Positions 15,373 through 21,136 of a stretch of 21,136 nt of DNA are shown here, in pieces. The stretch is from Polyangiales bacterium (lineage in GTDB: Bacteria; Myxococcota_A; Polyangia; Polyangiales; Polyangiaceae): NCBI GenBank assembly GCA_038230375.1, contig JBBRNJ010000119.1, positions 1-21,136 of the forward strand, in the 5' to 3' direction. The position numbers and the translations under genes are program-made. How positions within the stretch are numbered: the stretch's first letter is position 1; each line of letters opens with the position of its first letter. The notes under the pieces are model-generated. The model was not told where the DNA came from, did not search any database, and saw only the letters and a list, made by a program, of their open reading frames with translations.

Positions 15373-18300
15373 ATCGCCTGCGACGGCGGGCCAACAACGA
15401 GACGAGACCAACCACTCCAAAGGCCGCCGCAAAGCGAGACGGCCACGCAGAACCTGCAGCCAGATCCGTGTCAGCGGTGCCGACGACAGAACAGCCGCAG
15501 CCGCTGCTCTGCGGAGGAACGACCACTTCGCCGAAGTCTGCGTCCACGCCCCCATCGAGCGAGCCCCCATCCGCCCCACCATCCGTCCCACCGGTAGAGA
15601 CGGCGGGCTGGACGTGAACCGTGGCGGAGGCCCCATTGTGGAGTGAATCCTGGACCGAGACGATGTCGATGACATTGGGCTTGGGCCCTGCGACGTAGAC
15701 GCCAGACGACGGGTCGATCTTCGCGCCGGACTGGTTTTCCGCAATGGTCCAGACGTAGGCCATGCCGCTGCCGCCAGCGACGTTGAAGCCGACCTTCGCG
15801 CCCGACGCTGCATTGGTGGTGAGCGGTGTGACGGTCACACCAGGGCCCACGGTGACGGGAATGGACTCGTGCGCACCTACAGCGTCCGTCACACGGACGA
15901 CGTCCATCACGTTCGCGGTGGCGCCCGCGACGTACTTGCCGGTGGGTGCGTCGATGCTTGCGCCGGAGGCATTCGCCTGCAGCGACCACACGTAGCCGGT
16001 GCCCGACCCGCCACGCACGAAGAACGAGAGCGGACCGCGCGGCGGCACGTCGGCCTTGGTCGGGTTCACGGTGAGGCCGCTTCCGACGGAGACGTTGACC
16101 TGCGCGACGTTGCCCAGCGCGTCGAGGACCTCCACGGTGTCGGTGACGTTCGGGGTCATGCCTGCGAGATAGGCCCCCGTGGATCCGTTGATGGAGCCGC
16201 CGGAGTTGTTCGCCAGCAGCGCCCACGTGTACGGCATGCCCGCGCCACCCGTTCCGACGAAAGCGATCGCGCCGAGCGGCGGCGCCTGCGGAACCGCGGG
16301 AGTGATGCCCACCTGGGGACCGACGGTGACCGTCGCCTGCGAGCTCGCGCCATTCTTGTCCGTGACCTTGACCACATCGATGACCGAACCCTTGGACCCG
16401 GCCGTGTACGAACCGCCAGCCGCGGACACGTTTCCACCCGATGCGTTGGTCTGCATGACGAATGAGTAGGTGCCCGCGCCGCCGCTGACGCCAAAGCTCT
16501 GGCTGCCGCGCGGCGGGAGCGTGATCATGCCAGGGCTGATCGCGATCGCGGCGGACACGGTGACCGGTGCAGTCTGCACGTTTCCGAGCGAGTCGATCAC
16601 CATCACGGTGTCCGTCACGCTGCCAGTCAGCCCCGCGGTGTACGCGCCCGTCGCGCCGATGGTGCCGCCCGAGTTGTTCGGGTTGATCGACCACACGTAG
16701 CCCGCGCCGCTGCCGCCAGAGGCGTTGAAGCTGGCCGTGCCGAGCGGGGCGAGGGCCGCGCCCGCGGGCGCGATCGAAACGCCTGGGCCGACGGACACGT
16801 TCATGGTGGCGACGTTGCCGAGCGAATCGGTCACCTTCACCGTGTCGGTCACGTTGCCAGTGGCGCCAGCCTTGTAGACGCCGGTACCCGCGGCGATGGT
16901 GCCACCGGAAGGCGCGGCCAACATGCTCCACACGTAGCCCACGCCGCTGCCGCCCGTGACCTTGAAGGTGACGCTGCCCTTGGGCGTGGTGCTCGGGTTC
17001 ACGGGATTGATGGCGAGGCCACCGCCGACGGAGCAGTTGACGCTGGCCGTGTTGCCCAGCGAATCGGTCACGGTGATGGTGTCAGAAACATTGCCAGTGG
17101 TGCCCGCGGTGTAAAGACCGTTCGCCACGTTGATGCTGGCGCCCGAGTTGTTGACCGGAATGGTCCACGTGAAGCCGCTGGCGCTGCCCCCGTTTGCGTT
17201 GAAGTTGACGGTGCCCTTCGGTGCGACGCTCGGGTTCGCCGGGACGATCGACACGCCGGCGCTCACGGTGATGGTCGCAGTGGCGGTGTTGCCGAGCGAA
17301 TCGGTCACGCGGATGGTGTCGGTTCTGCTGCCTGTGGGTCCCGCTACGTACGCGCCGGCAGGCGTGAGAGAGGCGCCAGAGCCGTTGGCGATAAACGTGT
17401 AGACATAGCCTGCGCTGGAGCCACCCGCGGCGCTGAAGTTGATGGAGCTCTTCGGGGCCGTTGTCTTGTTCGCGGGGTTGATCGAGACGCCGGGACCGAC
17501 CGTGACGGTGGTCGTGGTGACGTTGCCGAGCGAGTCGACGACGGAGATCGTGTCGGTCTTGCTGCCTGTCGGACCTGCGGTGTAGGCGCCTGTGGCGGCG
17601 TTGATTGACGCGCCAGACTGGTTGACGGTGATCGAGAACGCGTAGCCGAGGCCGCTGCCACCGCTCACGCTGAAGGCTACGCTGCCGCGTGGCGCGGCGC
17701 CTACCGCGAGGGGGGCGAGCGACAGAGGGGGACCTACGGTGACGACGACGAACGCAGTGTTACCGAGCGCGTCCTTCACGGTGACGGTGTCCGTGGTGTT
17801 GCCTGCCGCACCGGCCTTGTAGACGCCGCCCGCGGAGATGGTGGCGCCGGTGACCGTGGATACGCTCCACACGTATCCACCACCGCTACCGCCCACGCCA
17901 GTGAACGTGATGCTGCCCTTCGGCGGCGTGACGGGTGGCGCGATCGGCGAGATGCTGACGCCGGCACCAACGGTGATCGTGGCCTGCGCGAAGTTGCCGA
18001 GCGTATCCGTCACCTGGACGATGTCCGTGGTGCTGCCGGTGATGCCCGCCGTGTACGCGCCCGTGGCGGCGTTGATGCTCGCGCCGGACTGATTCTGCGC
18101 GAGGGTGTAGGTGAAGACGCCGTTGCCGCCGGAGCCAACGAAGGTCTGCGTGCCCTTCGGTGGGAGGGTCTTCGAGCTCGGGTTGATGGACGCGGCAGCG
18201 CCGACGTTGACGTTCGATGTCGCCATCGTCGCGGCGGAGTCGATGACCTGCACGACGTCGAGCACGCTGCCGATGGTTCCGGCCGTGTAGTTGCCTGCCG

Positions 18301-19318
18301 CATCGACGGAGCCGCCGGAGGGCGCGGCCTGCATCGAATACGTGTAGGGCAGAACTCCGCCCGACGCCACGAACGACTTGGCGGCCCGCGGGAATACGTT
18401 CGCCGAAGGGGGCGTGAGCACGAGCGGCGCGATGCAGACTGTGGAGACGCTGGACGCGTTGTCGCCCAGGCTGGGATCGGTGGCAAGGGAGCTCACCGTG
18501 AAGGTCGGGTTGATGGTGCCTGCGGCCGCGGGCGCGGTGGTGAGGATGGAGAGCGGTGGTGCGCCAGTGCTCGCGGCGACGTTCAGCTGCTTGCAGGTGA
18601 CGGTCTGACCGGCGACGACGCACGTCCAGCCCGCGCCTGCGACGCCGTTGTACGTCATGCCCGCGGGCATTGTGACGGCCACCGCGGTGTTCGCTGCGTC
18701 GCTGGCGCCAGCGTTCGCGACGGTGATCGAATACGTGAGCGGCGATGCGGTCGCGACGCTCGCCGGGCCCGATGCGCTGATCGAGAGATCAGCCGTCTGC
18801 GTGACGGTGGTCGCCACGGGCATCACGTTGTTCGCGGCGTTGGGGTCGGCGGTCGCAGAGACGGCGGTGGGCTTGCCCGTGATGGTGCCGCTGGCGGAGC
18901 TGGCCACGGCGAACTGCACGGTGAGGAGCGGCGCGCTGGTGCCGTTCGGGACGTCGGGACCGGTGCACGACAGATCGGGCGCGGCAGCGCAGGCCCAGCC
19001 GACGCCGTCGAACGTGGTGTACGAGAGGCCTGCGGGCATCGTCATGGTGACGCCGATGCCCGTGGCGTCGTCGGGGCCGCCGTTCGAAACGGTGATCTGG
19101 TAGGACATCGACGTGCCGGCCACGACGGTTGCTGGGCCGAGCGCCGTCAGAGAGACGTCCGTGGAGAGCGGCAGGAAGTGCGAGACCTTGAACGCGGGTT
19201 TCGGCGCAGTGACCGTCACCGCTGGCGGCGTGCCATCACCGCTGGGGCGTGCATCGGAGGTGCATCCGACCTGGAGCACACCCACGAGCATCACCAGCCC
19301 GATGAGCCAGCCACGCAT
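15347..19318 (-). CDS. Large surface protein/adhesin: lipoprotein-type signal, 2 DUF11-like domains, 12 tandem ~78-aa Ig-like repeats, MYXO-CTERM sorting signal
   Basis: ATG 19318 gives MRGWLIGLVMLVGVLQVG-C (alternative GTG 19375). DUF11-like DVSLT..YQITVSNGGPDDA..DPNAANN and ADLSIS..YSITVANAGASDA..DPSLGDN. Twelve repeats follow. The C-terminus SSGCGCSVVG...AAFGVVGLVSLLARRRRR has the MYXO-CTERM pattern (GC, TM, Arg cluster). Confidence 0.92.
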   Translation of the reverse strand: MRGWLIGLVMLVGVLQVGCTSDARPSGDGTPPAVTVTAPKPAFKVSHFLPLSTDVSLTALGPATVVAGTSMSYQITVSNGGPDDATGIGVTMTMPAGLSYTTFDGVGWACAAAPDLSCTGPDVPNGTSAPLLTVQFAVASSASGTITGKPTAVSATADPNAANNVMPVATTVTQTADLSISASGPASVATASPLTYSITVANAGASDAANTAVAVTMPAGMTYNGVAGAGWTCVVAGQTVTCKQLNVAASTGAPPLSILTTAPAAAGTINPTFTVSSLATDPSLGDNASSVSTVCIAPLVLTPPSANVFPRAAKSFVASGGVLPYTYSMQAAPSGGSVDAAGNYTAGTIGSVLDVVQVIDSAATMATSNVNVGAAASINPSSKTLPPKGTQTFVGSGGNGVFTYTLAQNQSGASINAATGAYTAGITGSTTDIVQVTDTLGNFAQATITVGAGVSISPIAPPVTPPKGSITFTGVGGSGGGYVWSVSTVTGATISAGGVYKAGAAGNTTDTVTVKDALGNTAFVVVTVGPPLSLAPLAVGAAPRGSVAFSVSGGSGLGYAFSITVNQSGASINAATGAYTAGPTGSKTDTISVVDSLGNVTTTTVTVGPGVSINPANKTTAPKSSINFSAAGGSSAGYVYTFIANGSGASLTPAGAYVAGPTGSRTDTIRVTDSLGNTATATITVSAGVSIVPANPSVAPKGTVNFNANGGSASGFTWTIPVNNSGASINVANGLYTAGTTGNVSDTITVTDSLGNTASVNCSVGGGLAINPVNPSTTPKGSVTFKVTGGSGVGYVWSMLAAPSGGTIAAGTGVYKAGATGNVTDTVKVTDSLGNVATMNVSVGPGVSIAPAGAALAPLGTASFNASGGSGAGYVWSINPNNSGGTIGATGAYTAGLTGSVTDTVMVIDSLGNVQTAPVTVSAAIAISPGMITLPPRGSQSFGVSGGAGTYSFVMQTNASGGNVSAAGGSYTAGSKGSVIDVVKVTDKNGASSQATVTVGPQVGITPAVPQAPPLGAIAFVGTGGAGMPYTWALLANNSGGSINGSTGAYLAGMTPNVTDTVEVLDALGNVAQVNVSVGSGLTVNPTKADVPPRGPLSFFVRGGSGTGYVWSLQANASGASIDAPTGKYVAGATANVMDVVRVTDAVGAHESIPVTVGPGVTVTPLTTNAASGAKVGFNVAGGSGMAYVWTIAENQSGAKIDPSSGVYVAGPKPNVIDIVSVQDSLHNGASATVHVQPAVSTGGTDGGADGGSLDGGVDADFGEVVVPPQSSGCGCSVVGTADTDLAAGSAWPSRFAAAFGVVGLVSLLARRRRRYENRRNSG
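15608..18430 (-). repeat. Twelve diverged ~234-bp coding repeats (beta-rich Ig-like modules)
   Basis: Consensus by eye: GxSIxP....PxGxxxFxxxGGSGxGYxWx...NxSGxSIxxxTGxYxAGxTGxxTDTxxVxDSLGNxAxxxVxV. 2823 bp = 941 aa, about 78 aa per unit. Confidence 0.9.
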
Positions 19319-19383
19319 GGCGAGCGTCCTCCACGACCCCCGGCCCCCGAGACGTCCAAATATAAGGTTATGCACGATGGTTC

Positions 19384-19392
19384 AGGATACCA
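19384..19392 (-). promoter_or_regulatory. Candidate extended -10 element (TGGTATCCT) for the surface-protein gene
   Basis: Matches TGnTAnnnT on the minus strand in the divergent intergenic region, next to an unusually AT-rich patch (AAATATAAGGTTAT, 19358-19371). Confidence 0.35.
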
Positions 19393-19456
19393 CGACCCCC
19401 GGAAGTGACGAGCCCTCGAAATCGTCCTCCGACTGGATTAGCCTCCGGCGACCTAC

Positions 19457-20272
19457 ATGGGTTATTTCTCCCGCTTGCCCCGCTTGCCTCGCTTGCTCCG
19501 TTTGCCCCCGATACTGACCCCCGGCATCCTTGCCTGCATCCTTGGCCTCACGGGCTGTGGCGTTCCGGTCGCAGTGGGCATCGATGAGTCGGACGCGAAC
19601 CGGGTGATGCTGAGCCTGGACCACGCGGGCGTGGACGCGACCAAGGAGACGGACCCCACCGTGGAGGGCAAGTTCCGCGTCTCGGTCGGTCGCGATGATG
19701 CGGCGCGCGCGCTCGCTGTCATGAGCGACGAGGAGCTGCCACGGCCCAAGTCGAAGGGCGTGCTGGACGCGATGGACAAGGGGCAGCTGGTGCCGAGCCA
19801 GAGGGCGGAGCATGCGCAGTTCGTGAGCGGCCTCGCGGGCGACCTGGAGCGCACACTGACGGGCCTGGACGGCGTGCTCTCCGCGCGCGTGCACCTCAAC
19901 GTTCCGGAACAGAATCCGCTGCACGATCTCTCGCAGGAGAAGGCAACGGCGAGCGTGCTGGTCGAGCACCGCGGTGTGGCCCCTCCCCTCACCGAGAACG
20001 CGGTGCAGCGGCTGGTGGCGGGTGGCGTGCGAGGGCTCTCGCCAGACAACGTGTCGGTGGTCATGGTGCCACGCGCCCCGCATCCGACCGTCAAGGACAG
20101 CGGGCTGGCGCATGTGGGCCCCATCGCGGTGGCGCGCGGCTCGCTGCGGCCGCTGCAGTTCGGCGCGGCGGGGCTGGTCGTCCTGCTGCTGGTGTTCGGC
20201 GTGCTGACACTTGTACTCTACACGCGAGTCGCGAAGCTGCGGACCGACCTCGAGGCGGCGACGAAGAAGTGA
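19457..20272 (+). CDS. sctJ: Type III secretion inner-membrane ring lipoprotein, SctJ (YscJ/HrcJ/EscJ/PrgK) family
   Basis: Lipobox LTG-C; GIDESDANRVMLSLDHAGVDATK; VSVGRDDAARALAVM..LPR; LVPSQRAEHAQF..LAGDLERTLTGLDGVLSARVHLNVP; ATASVLV; VQRLVAGGVRGLSPDNVSVV; C-terminal TM AAGLVVLLLVFGVLTLVLY. At 271 aa it fits SctJ, not FliF. Confidence 0.92.
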   Translation: MGYFSRLPRLPRLLRLPPILTPGILACILGLTGCGVPVAVGIDESDANRVMLSLDHAGVDATKETDPTVEGKFRVSVGRDDAARALAVMSDEELPRPKSKGVLDAMDKGQLVPSQRAEHAQFVSGLAGDLERTLTGLDGVLSARVHLNVPEQNPLHDLSQEKATASVLVEHRGVAPPLTENAVQRLVAGGVRGLSPDNVSVVMVPRAPHPTVKDSGLAHVGPIAVARGSLRPLQFGAAGLVVLLLVFGVLTLVLYTRVAKLRTDLEAATKK

Positions 20273-21021
20273 TCTCGCTGCAAGGCCTGACCAAGAGCTT
20301 CCGCACGCCGGAAGGGCGCGAGCACATGGTGCTCTCGAACGTGAGCCTGGAGGTGCCGAAGGGCTGCCTCTATGGTCTCATCGGGCCGGGCGCGGCAGGC
20401 AAGAGCGTGCTCCTCAAGATGGTGACGGGGCTCATGCGACCGGACCTGGGGCGTGTGGTGGTGGACGGTCAGGACATCCTCACGCTGACGGAACTGGAGC
20501 TGTCCGCGCTGCGCTTGAAGTTCGGGATGCTGTTCCAGAACAACGCGCTCTTCGATCACCTGACGGTGGACGACAACATCGCGTTCCCGCTACGGCGGCT
20601 GACCAAGCTCTCCGACCCGGAGATCCAGGAGCGTGTCGACGAGCGCCTGCGATGTGTCGCGCTCTTCGGCTTCGGGGCGCGCATGCCGGGGGGGCTGTCG
20701 GGTGGACAGAAGAAGCGGGTGGGCGTGGCGCGCGCGACCATCACACGCGCGCCCATCGTGCTCTACGACGAGCCCGCCGCGGGGCTGGACCCGGTGACGT
20801 CGCAGAAGATCTTCGAGCTGCTGAGAGAAGAGCAGCGGAAGGACGGCGCGACGGTGATCATGGTGTCGTCGGATCTGGATCGCTTGCTGCCGGTCACCGA
20901 CCGGATCGGCATGATGTACAAGGGCGAGATGATCTTCGACGGCACGACGGAAGAAGCCAGAATGAGCGCCGATCCGTACGTGAAGCAGTTCGTCCACGGC
21001 CTGACAGAAGGACCGCTGTAG
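20269..21021 (+). CDS. mlaF: ABC transporter ATP-binding protein, MlaF/Mkl/Ttg2A-like, with degenerate H-loop
   Basis: Walker A GPGAAGKS; FGMLFQNNALFDHLTVDDNIAFPLR; signature LSGGQKKRVGVARA; Walker B/D-loop LYDEPAAGLDPVTS; C-terminal DPYVKQFVHGLTEGPL typical of MlaF/Mkl. The H-loop reads VSSD instead of V(T/S)HD. GTG start overlaps the sctJ TGA (GTGA). Confidence 0.88.
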   Translation: MISLQGLTKSFRTPEGREHMVLSNVSLEVPKGCLYGLIGPGAAGKSVLLKMVTGLMRPDLGRVVVDGQDILTLTELELSALRLKFGMLFQNNALFDHLTVDDNIAFPLRRLTKLSDPEIQERVDERLRCVALFGFGARMPGGLSGGQKKRVGVARATITRAPIVLYDEPAAGLDPVTSQKIFELLREEQRKDGATVIMVSSDLDRLLPVTDRIGMMYKGEMIFDGTTEEARMSADPYVKQFVHGLTEGPL

Positions 21022-21024
21022 ATC

Positions 21025-21136
21025 GACTTCGACTTCGACTTCGACCTGGACGACGACTTCGACCTCGACTTCGACCTCGACCTCGACCTCGACCTCGACC
21101 TCGACCTCGACCTCGACCTCGACCTCGACCTCGACC
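21025..21136. repeat. Hexanucleotide tandem repeat (GACYTC)n, 18+ units, running off the window end
   Basis: GACTTC x3, GACCTG, GACGAC, GACTTC, GACCTC, GACTTC, then GACCTC to the end; starts 3 nt after the ABC ATPase stop. Confidence 0.97.

Noticed and set aside
19457..20272. Flagellar M-ring FliF
   Set aside because: It is only 271 aa, has a lipobox rather than an N-terminal TM, and lacks the large RBM3/beta-collar region; it fits SctJ.
1851..20997. Long alternative-frame ORFs (e.g. 1851-2993 -, 6434-7585 +, 8476-9804 -, 9738-11177 +, 14840-15646 +, 15471-16931 -, 19382-20113 -)
   Set aside because: They overlap well-supported genes, have no recognisable motifs, and show the Arg/Ala/Gly-rich or antisense-mirror composition expected of shadow ORFs in high-GC DNA.
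21025..21136. Possible CRISPR array, telomere-like end or RS-domain gene
   Set aside because: It is a simple hexamer tract with no spacers and no cas genes, and the minus-strand frames would overlap the ABC ATPase gene by more than 100 nt.

Overview
High-GC bacterial DNA whose gene families (MYXO-CTERM surface protein, membrane Ser/Thr kinases with Pro/Ala/Ser stalks, TPR/PEGA-type protein, Cys-rich lipoprotein, double-zinc-ribbon/FHA protein) point to a myxobacterium, probably Polyangiaceae/Labilithrix-like (inference). Thirteen genes are supportable. From left to right: a 5'-truncated zinc-ribbon + tandem-FHA protein and a tail-anchored PP2C phosphatase (+); a TPR lipoprotein (-); a small CxxC/CxxC protein (+); a minus-strand run which in transcription order is large Ig-like-repeat MYXO-CTERM protein > Ser/Thr kinase > TPR/PEGA-type protein > Cys-rich lipoprotein > SWIM-SNF2 ATPase > TerB-like protein > second Ser/Thr kinase; then, divergently, a lone type III secretion ring lipoprotein (SctJ/YscJ family) overlapping an MlaF/Mkl-like ABC ATPase that lacks the H-loop histidine. 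Both window ends lie in short tandem repeats, probably contig breaks. The most notable items are the lone sctJ coupled to an ABC ATPase, the kinase-TPR/PEGA-lipoprotein cassette that looks like a trans-envelope signalling unit, a surface protein with both a lipobox and MYXO-CTERM, and a hairpin-packed leader upstream of the SNF2 gene. No rRNA, tRNA, CRISPR array or mobile element was recognised. All family calls come from motif recognition by eye; no database search was run.
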